Source: Botryllus schlosseri (taxonomy: Eukaryota). Taken from it: a stretch of 60,000 nucleotides of DNA. Both the position numbers and the translations under genes were made by a program. The stretch is from positions 15,316,001-15,376,000 of the forward strand of contig CM119371.1 in assembly GCA_051294905.1 (NCBI GenBank), read 5' to 3'. Under the pieces are notes generated by a model. It was not told where the DNA came from and did no database searches. It saw only the letters and a program-made list of their open reading frames with translations. How positions within the stretch are numbered: position 1 is the first letter of the stretch; the number at the start of each line of letters is the position of its first letter. This document shows positions 37,989-50,154 of the stretch, one piece after another.

Positions 37989-38924
37989 CATAGTGTCCGA
38001 TATGGTATGGACACAAGCAAATCTCACGGCCCAGTGCAATTGGTCTACGTCACATTTTCCATTTGGTCAAAGGCAATTTGACGGTAGTTTTTGACCGACT
38101 TGTCGATCATTAAATTTGACAAAACGGGTATCAATCGAAAGCTACCGCGGTGCTGGTTTCGAAAATATAAATTCTATTCCGCTCGAGATTCTGGAACCCC
38201 CAAAATCAGCCTTGAATGTTGCATTGTAACGGAGTTTGGTATTGTGACGCAGCCATGCCGTCTGAGCAGCTCAGGAGCAAGCGCGCACGAGAGTAAGAGT
38301 GTGAATGCTCATTGCTCAATCGGTTGCGCAACAATGGCCAATACGCTTGCGGTTTACTCTGCTCGCAGACGGCATAGTTGCGTTACAATACCAAACTCCG
38401 TTACAATGCAACATCATCATCATCAGTTTGTTAGCAATTTTATCAGTTCAATACACCACAAGAAATGCGATACAATGAAAAGAAAGGAAGATGTCGAAGC
38501 GACTAGTTGTTGTCTATGGAATCGGACACCCACCTTGGTCTAGGTAGGCGATGTAAAGAGAAGGCATGCACACCGAATGAAAGTAAAGAAGATATTATAG
38601 AAAAAGGAAGCGACAAGAAATAGGGCGGCATGTCATGGGAAGGGAGATCGATAGGTCAGTCGTGGTCCGGTAATCTTGAGGATGGACTGTATTTAACATT
38701 CGAAGCTGATTTTGGGGGGTTCCAGGACCACGAGCAGAATAGAATTTATATTTTCGCAATTAGTACCACGATAGCTTTCGATTGATACCCGTTTTATCAA
38801 TTATGCTTGGCAAGCCGGTAAAAAATTACCGCCAAATTGCCTTTGACCAATGGGAAAGTGTGACGTGAACCTATTTCACTGAGCCGTGAGATTTGCTTGT
38901 GTCCACACCATATAGGACACTATG
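37989..38924. mobile_element. Foldback-type element with ~230-bp inverted arms
   Basis: 37989-38220 is the diverged reverse complement of 38695-38924 (catagtgtcc... / ...ggacactatg). Confidence 0.85.
38217..38413. mobile_element. Palindromic MITE inside the foldback element
   Basis: tgttgcattgtaacggagtttggtattgt... / ...acaataccaaactccgttacaatgcaaca, near-perfect arms of ~50 bp. Confidence 0.85.
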
Positions 38925-40468
38925 CTGTGCTCAATCAACTCACGGTGCAATCCCTAATAAATATTTCAAGGTGTTCGATAAGCCCGGTACCCCAAATTTA
39001 TCAATATATCAATTCGTTAGGGCTGAGTAGGTGATGAGATAGCGTCGTTGTTCATCTGTGTGGCCTATTTTATCTCAATATTAAATTCATGCGGACCGCG
39101 GCATCTACGAAATTTGAAAAGTGGCCCGCGACCCGTTTTGAGTTGGCGTCCCCTGGCATAAGCGGTGTCTTACAAAAGCCTACAAGTGTGCCGTGCTACA
39201 AGTCGGCGGTTACTGAATCAAAAATTAGAAATATCGGTATGGTGTAAATGACCATTGTAGTCTACCAACACCATGATTACCACAAACGATATTAGGGTTG
39301 ATTACATCGTAAATGCCGATAATGCAAGTCTTCTCGCTTCGACGAACTTACGTGCAAGCTCCACTCGCACGCTGCTAACATACAGTCACTAAAATTTGAC
39401 GTAGTAAGCAAGTAGCGGGGTATCTCGGCAGACTGTAGCCGCGGGCCACATTATCATATAAGACAGAAAACTGTCCGCGGGCCGGACAAAATCCTGCGGA
39501 CCGTATCCGGCCCGTGGGCCGTATGTTGCCCGCCCCTGTGCTATGAGGGGCTTCACAATAATCTTCAGATTATATAAGACACACACACAATGTACAATGC
39601 GATCGGGCTGTTCAAAAAAATATTTTTCCTGAATGTTGCTGGCTACTTGATTAAATCGTTAGGTTGCCTTGAAAAACGACGCACACCCAATTTGAATTCA
39701 TTCCAACTAGTAATGGCGGATTTCGTACAGGTTGAAAATTTTGAATTTACCAAAAAATGCAAAAAATATCTTTTTCAAATTTTTCTGTCAACCCCATGAA
39801 ATTGTTGCGCTGTTTTCAAAGACGATGCACAACAAATTTGACTCAATCCCAACCCGTAGAAGCGGAGTTATTTGAGTTTTTCTTTGATAATTCTTGGATT
39901 ATCCTTGATCGGTGTCAACACACACAATGCGATGTAATGAACAGATAGAAGGGTGCCGAAATGATCAGTTGCGGTCTCTCAATCTGGCCACCACCTCAGC
40001 CTAGTGCCCGATGTCACAATATTCTTCGATGATAATCTGCTATTTCTTGCCTTTTCTTTATTAAAACTACTCTTCGTCTTCCGATGCCTTCACATTCCTT
40101 CGGGGCCATTCTCAGATGGAATACCAGTTTCACAGAATTAGTTATGTTACGTATGCTGTGATGACACAAAGTTCAGTATCATTATTATGCAATCTAGCAA
40201 CACATACAATTTTATCAATACCATTTTAAACGATAAAAAAAATACTTTCGGTCATAGGCGGTAACTGGTCAAAATGAAAGAGGTGTCAAAATAACTGCAA
40301 TATGATTTACAAAGTAGTGACAGAAAGGGTTAATATTGAGAATTAGATTGGAAGGAGTTGTCAGGGATTGTTATGCGAAAATGAGAGGTCTGGAAGTTGT
40401 CCAGTCTATTGATCCAATCGTACGCCGGGTGCCTCCACTTTGGTTGCCTATTATCACCTGGTCGTAAC

Positions 40469-40746
40469 CAGAGATGGCCACAGTCCGGTTCAGGAGCCGG
40501 AGCAGGATTTCAATGTTTTTTTTTTTACCTGGCCGGACTGGATCCGGATTTTGAATTTGGGGTGACGGTCGGATTTTAGCCGAAGTTTTTTGCTGTGATA
40601 TGATTAATTAGCATTGTTCTGGCAGGATTTTTTCGGATTCCGAACTGTACATTCAACAGCCGGATTTCTTTGGACTATGAATTTCCAATTGCCAGCCGGA
40701 TCCGGATAGATTCGGATCCCGAAATTTTGGAATCCGCCAATCTCTG
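40469..40746. mobile_element. hAT MITE with CCGGA repeats
   Basis: TIRs CAGAGATGG / CCAATCTCTG; perfect TSD gtcgtaac; degenerate relative split around 9860-11790. Confidence 0.85.
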
Positions 40747-41265
40747 GTCGTAACCACCAGCTCAGTGGTCGTAACACACCAGGATCGTGTATACGAAACA
40801 CTTTCGGACGGGCTTAGAAAAATTAGGGTCTATCGATTTGCGTAATCTCTAACTCTACCATGAAATCATAACGCATGCTACTAAGGATGAACTGATACTT
40901 GATTCGTGGCATAGGGACGATTCTTAGTTCACGTACATTTTGTAAAATAATCCTTTGATTAAAAATATTAATAAAACATTTGTTACCACACTTCAAGTCA
41001 CGGCTCACCGGCAAACCTCTCGCGGCACCTACGTTAAAATCAATGTTATCCGGAAATTCAGATGACCATCATAAAGTAACTTTTTTACGTTGGAAAACGC
41101 CATTGTGACGTCATGTTGATTTTTCGAATTCTGTTAGGCTTTAGTCGGATTCGCATGGATTTTCGGTTGAGATTGTTCGGATTCACACGGATAGTTACTC
41201 AGAAATAAATATCCGCTCATCACTGCAAAGTACCGGAACTAACTTCAATTTTTGTGTATGTATTC

Positions 41266-42552
41266 CAGAGATGGTCGGTAACGAAGTACTTCTACTTTTT
41301 GGACGTAATCAAGTAGTTCCTCTACTTCTGGTACTAACTCAAGTAGATCTGATTTTCTCTACTTCTACTTCTACTTCGTAGTATTTTGGTATCTACTTAC
41401 TTACTTTTTGCTATTTTCGGTTTGTCAAGTAGAAGTAGTCTAATCCCCCAATGCGGAAGATAGCCTGATGAATTTCGGGGCTGTTTTCACGGAGTACCAA
41501 CATTTAATATTCATAAAAGTCAAGTAAAGCTGGGAAATTTTGTTGCGCTTCGAACACAGTAGTTATGGAATGACAAATATATTGTCACGAAAGTATCAGT
41601 GAATATGATTTAGGTACCGGATTGCTTGGTTCCGCTCACACTGCAATGTCGTCCATATCAAATATTTCATCACAGTAGAAATGGCCCACCGCCACCATAA
41701 CGTTTGAAAATACCGTTTCGCAATATAGCAATTACCTATCATATCGTAATCTAGCAGCCCATGACGGGTCCTGCCAATCTGGAAAATCCAGCTTTTTTGA
41801 ACGTTACACCTGTTTTAGCAGATCACCTTTGAAGCTTTATGGACAAAAGACAAGAAATAAATATTACGCTTTTTAGAAGCGGTATTTGTATTTCACTTTC
41901 AATTCCGAGTATCATACTTTGAGTTCTAATTACTTTCAGCCTTTTGTCTGCCGAGTGCCGAACATACATGTTGAAGCATAAAAGCAAGCGTAGTAATGCC
42001 TCTATTTTCCGAAAATACAGCTACACTAAATATAACTTTTACAATCCACAATATTTGTTATTAACGTATACTAATCGCGCAAAGTGTTGAAACCGTATCC
42101 GATGCAACTTCTCCGTACTGCTTTTCGCCTAAACTGGGGGCCTTATAATATGGGGTATGGCGCCATGCCATGATATTCTCTTGAACGCGGTCTTCTTGTA
42201 AACAAAGGGTTAGTATCGCATTTTTATATCAATACTATAATTATAATCCCATGATGCAAAACAATGCTTATTCTGTCGAAAATTGATACCTCCTGGGATG
42301 CATCAAAACGAATCAAACTCTCCGCACCTCCCGCATAGCTCAATTTGAGCTTTTGACAGTCCATGCAAACGAATTAAGACTGTTTTCAAAACTACATACT
42401 TACTTGAATAGATTTAAAGTCACTCAATTCTACTTCTACTTTAAGTAGTTTTAGGTGGCTTATGGAAGAAGTACTTCTACTCGTACTTGAGTAGATTGTT
42501 TTCGTCGCTACTTCTACTTGAGTAGCTTTCTTGACTACTTTGACCATCTCTG
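41266..42552. mobile_element. hAT non-autonomous element with ACTTCT/AAGTAG subterminal repeats
   Basis: TIRs CAGAGATGGTC / GACCATCTCTG; perfect TSD atgtattc. Confidence 0.9.
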
Positions 42553-43372
42553 ATGTATTCCTAACATTGTTATCAATCAAATTAAAATAATATCTGATAG
42601 GACTTGTCATAATAGGCCTATATTTGGTTGCCATGAGAAACATAGATAAGATGTGTTACAGGTGTCAAATATATATATATGCATTGTTAAAATATAATAT
42701 GCACATGCACATTCAAATTTGCAATGAGTTCAAAAACCAAAACGCCATGAGGACGGCAAACAACAGAATCTGCATGGACTTCTATGAGACAGGCATCGTG
42801 ATATGTTGAGTTAAGCAGACGATTCACTTACGTGGAGCCCGGTAATTGGAGGAAGGATATCTAGCAGCGTACACCAGAAGGTCATACGAGGAACATAAAA
42901 CACACACAAACCTATGCGCTGCGGTATAGTAAGTAGAGCATTTTTTTTCAGATTTCAATAACCTAGGTGGTTATATTGATAGGTTTCCGAAAGACCGATG
43001 CACACGGAATTTTCCTCGGTTCCAAGACGCGATGTAAATCCACTCTTTTTTCGACCATTTTATAATATACGTTAATAGTAGGCCTATTTACGGTGATAAC
43101 TTTTGTGCCTTTGTCATGTCCAAACATTGTGTTTCAGGTATGCCTAAAGGGAGAGTTATATTTCTTCACAAATTTTCATCTCGGAAGGGTCGGCGATGGA
43201 GTTTGGAAAATATATTGCTTACTATTTGAAAAGAAAATCATGAAACTGATTTGCAGGAAATTAGTCAAGTTCATTGAGTCAACCACGTATAGTGTCGTAA
43301 TTTGCAAATGAAACACTTCCCACATTGAGATATGTCACAAGCCGATAATCACTGGTCAAAAATAAGCACCCA

Positions 43373-44956
43373 TCATTTCGAAAATGATAGGCAACAAACA
43401 CTCATATCCACATCTCTCGGAGTAGGAGCTTGCTTATCTTTTTCAGATACTACGAATTTATCCAGTTCTACAGTACCTATCTTTGTTCCCAATTGCTTTC
43501 CATATATATACAACTTGTCTGTGATATGAACTTTGCATCCCGAGTAGCATTTTCCAATGCTAAGACCTGGAATAACTTTCCATTTCTTTCTTATATCATT
43601 GTAGAACGCAACTTTCATAAAATCGTTACTGACAACATACACAATCCCGTTATAACCGAATGCAGATCCCTCCGTGACCGAAACTGGCATCGATGAAATC
43701 TGGGTACATTGCAAGGTTCTCAGATTGATCTCAAAAGCAAGCTTATTATTAAAACATTCAATGACATAAATACATTCTCCGAGACTCGTAACAGCAAATG
43801 TATTACTACTCCATAGTCCATTTCTGTCGATTTTAATTGATGTTGACTTGCCACCGCCAATTTCATATAGGACTGCGTGTCCTTTTGTGACCATAGCTAT
43901 GTATTTTCCACATTTGATACACCTGTTGTATTCTTCCTTCGAAACATTCTCGTACAATATTTTCCATTCAAATTTATCGTAACTAAAGAGAGAATTGCCG
44001 GTTACGACATCTATCATTCCTTTATATTCAACAACATCGAGGCAATCACTTTTTATAACCGGAGGAAGTTTGATAACTACCGATCATTGCTCTTCCATTA
44101 GGCTGTAACTGTACACCGTCCTAGATTTCTTATCACATGATATGATGCCAGTCACCTGTTCACTGCAAACCGGAGGCACTTTCGGATTTTTATCCAAAAT
44201 ATAATCACGACACACTATTTTGTGCAAGCATTTCCTCGAATCAGTCACCAACGCCTCAGGAACAACATTTTCTCGTATAAATTGCTGGGGAAGAAATGTT
44301 AGATCAATTGACTGGAAGCAATCATCAAAGAAGCCTTTTCGTCTATCCATGTCGTACTTGATCCAGCTCGCTACTGCATTCCATTTCAATATTTCATATT
44401 TCTCACCCCAGTTTTTCACAAGAGACAGCAAGTAAAGGAAGTTATCTTTTGGTAATGACGGCAGCTCCTGTGACTCAACAAATGCCTTTAGATTTTCCCG
44501 AAAAAAGATTTGAATGGTGGTTTTCAAAAGTTCCTTCTGATAAACTAGAGCCACCGATAGCATCTCCGCTACATTTTCGACGGTGACATTCTCAGAAAGA
44601 AATTCAACGTAGAGATCCGTCAAATCATGGAGGCAAAAGATATTGCATGCTTTTATGAAATCAGTGATGTGATCCGAAGTAAAATCAACTTTCCCGGTAT
44701 AAACGAAGTTAATGCATTGTTTCACAACATCCCCAGGAGTATCAGGAAATGGGACAATCCCAGTCTTTGACTCTTTTGTATCACTCGAAAACATGGCGTA
44801 GAAATATTCCGACGCGGCTATCAACACAAATTTATGAACGTTGATTTCGTCTTCGCCAGCAACTAATGTGATGTCACAAAACTGTTCTTTGTTTTTCAAT
44901 ACATTCATGGAATCAAGCATGACTCGTGGATGGAAGGAACATTTTTTGGGAGCCAT
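43373..44956 (-). pseudogene. Intronless BTB-BACK-Kelch gene with a single in-frame TGA (44084-44086)
   Basis: ORFs 44084-44956 and 43373-44017 are in the same frame, joined by ...SLMEEQ*SVVIKLPPVIKSDCLDVVEYKG...; 527 codons if read through; BTB FCDITLVAG...HKFVLIAASEYFYAMF. Confidence 0.88.
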
Positions 44957-45934
44957 ATTTCATAGGAGATCAGCTATAGACATATTATGCTGCAAAAACG
45001 TAACAGATATACAGTATTGCAATCAGTACAATTCCAAAGACGTTGCTAGTTTAAAAAAAAAAGAATGCACCGACAATAACATCAGCGTTTCCCTCCATTT
45101 ATGGGTGAGATTATCGATTCTACGAATTCAACTAAAGATTATAGCAATTATCAGATTGCTGTCAAACAAACGGTGGGAAATAATTTAAATTTATATCGGT
45201 TAAACATAGAATTGGTGCAATCTACAATGATTCTTCATTTTCCTGAATAGCCAAACGGTAAACCCAACATGCGAATTAGGCTACATTCTTATCAAATATG
45301 TTAATACAGTAACAACAGCAACAAACTTTTACCCCGCATAACATGAAACCATTTTCATCCATTCTAGCATGGCAGCATTTTAAATGTAGCAACACTGAAA
45401 ATTCTGATAGTTCAAGTTTAAACTGGAAACAGTGGTTGTTATCGGCAATAAGTTACGCGTGCCATAATGGCTTCGCGAACATAATAATTAATTATAGACA
45501 GAAAGTTTCCCATGACGTTGCAGCCAATTCCACCATGGATTCAAGTATCTCACGATAATAACGTGCTCTAAAAAAAGCAAAATCATTTTAATCTATTCAA
45601 CCGTTTACTGCGTAGCTGTAAATTGCTATGATTCAAGTTCCTCACTGCCATGACAAGCCCTGGCAAAAACAAATCATTTTCATCTATTCAAGCATAACAA
45701 CCGTTCACACAGCGTATAGTTACAATGTAAATTGTTATTAGTCAAGTATCCAGGCATCTCGGTCCCCAACTTTCCTCCGTGTAAATATAATTTATCCGCG
45801 ATATCAGCTTTGCATCCGTCAATGTATTTGATGGCGACACCCCGAATATATTGCCATTTCTTTGTGGCATCATTGTAGAATACTACATCTGAACCATGAC
45901 TGATGGCATACCGAGTCTCATTGAAACCAAATAC

Positions 45935-47190
45935 TAGGGATGGTGTGAACGCGAGGGTCACGTTCGTGTTCTGTGTGTGAACCTCGGAAATTTAGAGGTT
46001 CGCGTTCACAACAGAACCTCGGTAGGTTCTGTACTGTGAACCTTTTTCCTAGATTACAATTTTCACTTCATTGTAACATCTTTGGTTCAAATTTATTATA
46101 TTTCAACTGCGGGCCACTCTATGTATGGCACTGGCAGCATTAAAAATCAACACTAAACGAACATGCACCTTGACAATCTCAAAAGTTTTACTTGCTTTGT
46201 TACAAAAGTTTGCTCGAAATATCCAGCTGTCCGTTTGTGGATATTTAATGACACTCTGCTGTGAGCTTGAGCTCCTCATGGCCGATCCCGCTGTATATAC
46301 AGCGCCTTGAAAAGCCCAGAGAAAGAGAGAGCCGAACTCCCGAAAGATGGCATCAAAAGACTAAGTTGCGGGCGCATGAAAATCGAGAGAGACTGATGGT
46401 GGAAGAGCGCGTGCATGGAAGTCGTCCGTAATCTGACGAAAAATACCGTAAAAGACTGTTGAAATTACTGAAATTGATGTACTGGGCGCAAATGACCTTA
46501 TAGGCGATAAGCGCCAAAGTTGTGCGAATAAAACAAAAACAAACACAACATCACGAGCCGAATACGTGGTCAGCGAATGATGCTTATTCAACCAATCAAT
46601 GAGATTGATATCGTTTTCTGATGCAAAAAATCTAGCAGGCGTACGGGGTCAATCTTGAATTCATATCTTTACTGTATCATTAAAACCAAATCCATGCGAT
46701 TGAGGTGTTGGCTACTGCTGTAGAACTTGTTAATGGGGTAATAGCTGTAGCAAGTATAACAACCAGTTTTACACTCTGCTCAATATCAATGTAGCAATAC
46801 CCAGACGCCGAATACATTGTCCGGTCTGGCCTAGACCTTCAAGGCGTAGGCTTATATTTCTTCGTAAGTTCTCGTCGAAATTGTTGGCAAAGCGACGGAA
46901 GATATTGATTTTATGGGAGTATTATATCCTTTGATTGCCTCAGTTGATGCATTTAGCGGCGTTTAAAACACCAATATGTACTTCAGCATTGTGGCCTTGC
47001 GTGGCCCGAGTCGTCGCTAGGTATCGTGTACATTAATATAGGTTATCGCTTCATTGAAAGATGGAGATGAAATTAGCAAAATGACGTCACGTGACGTCAC
47101 GAGGTTCACGTTCGTGTTCACACACAGAACCTTTCACAAAGGTTCGCGTTCACACGAACCTGAACCTTTCAGAGGTTCACACCATCCCTA
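45935..47190. mobile_element. hAT (Ac-type) element, same family as 63-2773; carries a truncated SINE at ~46269-46545
   Basis: Same 16-bp TIRs; perfect TSD ccaaatac. Confidence 0.92.
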
Positions 47191-47365
47191 CCAAATACAC
47201 ACTCTTGACTTTGACCAACACATATTGGTAAGTTTAAAATCCGGAAACACTGCATGATTCTCAAGCTTATCTCAAAAGCGATTTTTCGTGAGAGTTGTGA
47301 GTACTCGCCACCAACGACATAGATACACTTCTGTTTACTCGCAACAGAAAAGTCATACCAATAAG

Positions 47366-48641
47366 CAGGGCCGTAACAGCACTTCGTCAGGCCCCCACCA
47401 AAAACTTTGGTCTTGGGTCCCCATAGGGTTATAGACCGAACGTCTGGGGGGCATCCCCCTCCGGCCATATACTGTTTACCACTATTCATCATGTTCATTG
47501 GGAGTTTCTTTAGTGAATCAGCTTTTGTCGCCTAAACGCGCGAAGCGCGCTAAATTTCTAGGATTCATGATTTCACCGGTCAGTACGATCGGGAATTGCA
47601 TGCATTGTTATCAATTTTTATCTTCTCTCTGCTCACGTAATCAGATTTGCCGGTAGAGCTGAGTGAGGTGTGTTTGAAAAGGTAGGACCACTCAATAATA
47701 ATTAAACATCTTCGGGCGTATACCCGTTGGCAGGAACAAAACAGCACCTCGTCAAGCCCCCAAAAACGTGGGTCTTGGGCTCCCATAGGGTGATAAAACG
47801 ACCACCCCATCATGTTGTTCGCGTTTCTCACAAAATTACCCGTACTGAATTGTGAGCCAGCGCGAGGCGAGAAAATCTTCGATAATTTATGATAAAATCG
47901 GTCAATCAGATCGGCGACTGCATATATAATATGCTATCAATTTATTGTCCTCTCTACTCACGTAATTACATTTACCTGTAGAGCTGAGTGAAGTGTCTTG
48001 AAAACGGGAGGGCCAGTAAATAATGATTAAACATCTTCGGGCGGGCGGAACCGTTGATATGACTTCGTTACATCATGTTATTTCGTGACTTCCAGTCTGC
48101 TATATCAAAAAATATAGAACCGCCCAAACGTAGGCTTCTAATCTAAGAGAAGCAAACGATTTCAAATAGGTATTTCTTCACTGGCATAAATTTTTTACCA
48201 GCGGGATGGTATTTGTCTTGTGAGGTTCAGATTGCAAAGACAGGAACATTCGGCGCCAGTCATTTAGGCGCCTATGGACAATTAAACCTATATGTATTTT
48301 GTATATATAGTGAAGTCTTTGATCTGCATAAGGGCATAGACCTTTTCGGCCAAGCTTTTCTCGCTGCCAATCGTTCTGGCGCACTTCTTGGAGTCGCATG
48401 TTATATTGCCTAAAACTTGATTGTATGTCTTGGTGGGTCGTGGCGCGGTAATGGCCCAATACCCAATAATAAAAATAAATGGCCACTTGAATTCGCACGC
48501 AGCGCTAAAAAATTTTGAAAAAATTGCATAGATTTTCAAAAAATACTCTATGATTTATGCTAATTCACGAAATAATTTTGGGCCCCCCATCGAGCTCGCC
48601 CCCCCAATTGGGGGGTTTGGGGTGCGGCAGTTACGGTGCTG
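47366..48641. mobile_element. hAT (Tip100-like ends) non-autonomous element
   Basis: TIRs CAGGGCCGTAAC / GTTACGGTGCTG; perfect TSD ccaataag; internal sequence shared with ~1216-2430 and, inverted, ~50540-51330. Confidence 0.88.
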
Positions 48642-49248
48642 CCAATAAGTATTAGTACTTCTTGATTTGATATTAATTGATGACAATTTTTTAATGCCGA
48701 TTTCGTACATGACCAGGCCTACACATTTTCCTGCCACCATCAACACATATTTCCCACATACAATACATCTGTTACATTATTCGCGAGAATTGTTCTCATA
48801 TACCATTCCATTGAAACTAAAGATTGCATTCCCAGTTGTGATATAAACGATTCCTTTATGCTCACATCAAGGCATACGGTTGAAGTTGCATAAACACTGA
48901 CGAGCCCTCTTCAATGAGGCTGTACCTGTACACTTATCCAGTTTTACTATTGCAGATATAATTCCCGTAGACTTTTCATTGGGAACAATAGGTGCTTTGG
49001 AAGGTTCCCCCCAAAAAACAAGTGTATAACATACTTTTACCATAAATCTATCTGATTTAGATACCAACGGTTCACTATATAATAACATGATCCTTGAGAA
49101 ATTAAGGAGGGAGAAAGGAAAGGTCAATGGTGACCACTAAATCAGCAAATGCATCTTTTCTTTCGCCCAACTCATCTTTGACCTTGGTAACGCCGGCATG
49201 TGTTTTTAACGTTTCAAATTCCTTTCTGCAGTTCGGTTCGGTTTATTA

Positions 49249-50152
49249 CAGGAGCGGACAACATACGACCCGTGACGGTATTTTGAGCGGCCCGCGGACA
49301 GCTTCCAGTCTCACATGATAACGTGGCCCGCGGCTCGAATCTACATGCATTTGTGTGAAAACGTTTTCGACCATGAACAGCAACAAGACAAAGTGACGTT
49401 TCCAATCTGACTTATGTTCACATGCAGTCTTTATACTAAGGGTTCGAAGAAGTTGTTGACAACTTTGATCGATCAATTTACCCATTTGGGGTACAGAACT
49501 TCAGAATAACGCGAAACAATAGCTGCATATTGTTAATTTATTCGCTAAAAGCTTTTCGACTGACTCTCATCAGTATTCGCTACCGTAATAGGGTGAAACA
49601 TATTCGAAATGTAGGAACTATTTTTTCTGTTTGACGTAATTAGAACATAAACAAACAGGTAGTAGACAGGTAAGATACATTATTAACGATATAAAACAAA
49701 TGTTACCGAGTACATATTCGGTTATAAATAACCAGAGACAACCACACGAAACAATAATGAAATATTCCAAGAGTGTGGAGGCGCTCCTTCTGGCGACAGA
49801 AGATCGACTTTCGCAGCTTTATGATCGTAGACTTCAGGACCTTCAAATGAAAAAGAGAGCGACCACGAGCAACTATAGAAAATTGACTGTCATTGTAATG
49901 ATCAGCACATTCTGGATGGGATAATAGCTGTTGTCCGATAGCCGAATTACAAGCAATTACTTGATCATAATCACGCAGTGTGTCAACAGACTGAGATGAT
50001 GGAGCTTGAGAAACATTAGTTATTCTCATTTGCCGTGGGACATGTTGGCGAATTCTTTGCTGCATGCGCTGAGACGCGCGACCTAGATACCGACTATCAC
50101 ATCGGCACGTGCACCCATCCGGCCTGCCAATTGGAGAGGTTGCCCGCCCCTG
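49249..50152. mobile_element. hAT (Buster-type) element containing a Penelope fragment
   Basis: TIRs CAGGAGCGGACAAC / GTTGCCCGCCCCTG; TSD gtttatta / ctttatta. Confidence 0.78.
49740..50112 (-). mobile_element. Penelope-like element GIY-YIG endonuclease fragment
   Basis: CRCDSRYLGRASQRMQQRIRQHVP...SAIGQQLLSHPECADHYNDSQFSIVARGRSLFHLKVLKSTIIK...FCRQKE, typical of a PLE C-terminal endonuclease. Confidence 0.82.
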
Positions 50153-50154
50153 CT

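Larger units (their letters stand above)
37735..39538. mobile_element. hAT (Buster-type) element with nested foldback, MITE, LINE tail and SINE
   Basis: TIRs CAGGGGCGGGCAAC / GTTGCCCGCCCCTG; perfect TSD tgctatga; same family as 9996-11666, reversed. Confidence 0.88.
45680..49240 (-). pseudogene. BACK-Kelch pseudogene (paralog of 43373-44956) split by two hAT insertions; BTB missing
   Basis: After excising 45935-47190 and 47366-48641 it reads ...HKGIVYITTGNAIFSF...CNRCIVCGKYVLMV...SINIKSRSTNTYWYDFSVASKQKCIYVVGG...AFEISLR...ECVFGFNETRY...FYNDATKKW...DKLYLHGGKLGT, collinear with the neighbour; several stops and frameshifts. Confidence 0.85.

Noticed and set aside
44084..44086. Selenocysteine or alternative genetic code explanation for the TGA
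   Set aside because: The position corresponds to Trp, not Cys; TGG is used for Trp elsewhere and TGA terminates the intact kelch gene; no SECIS recognised.
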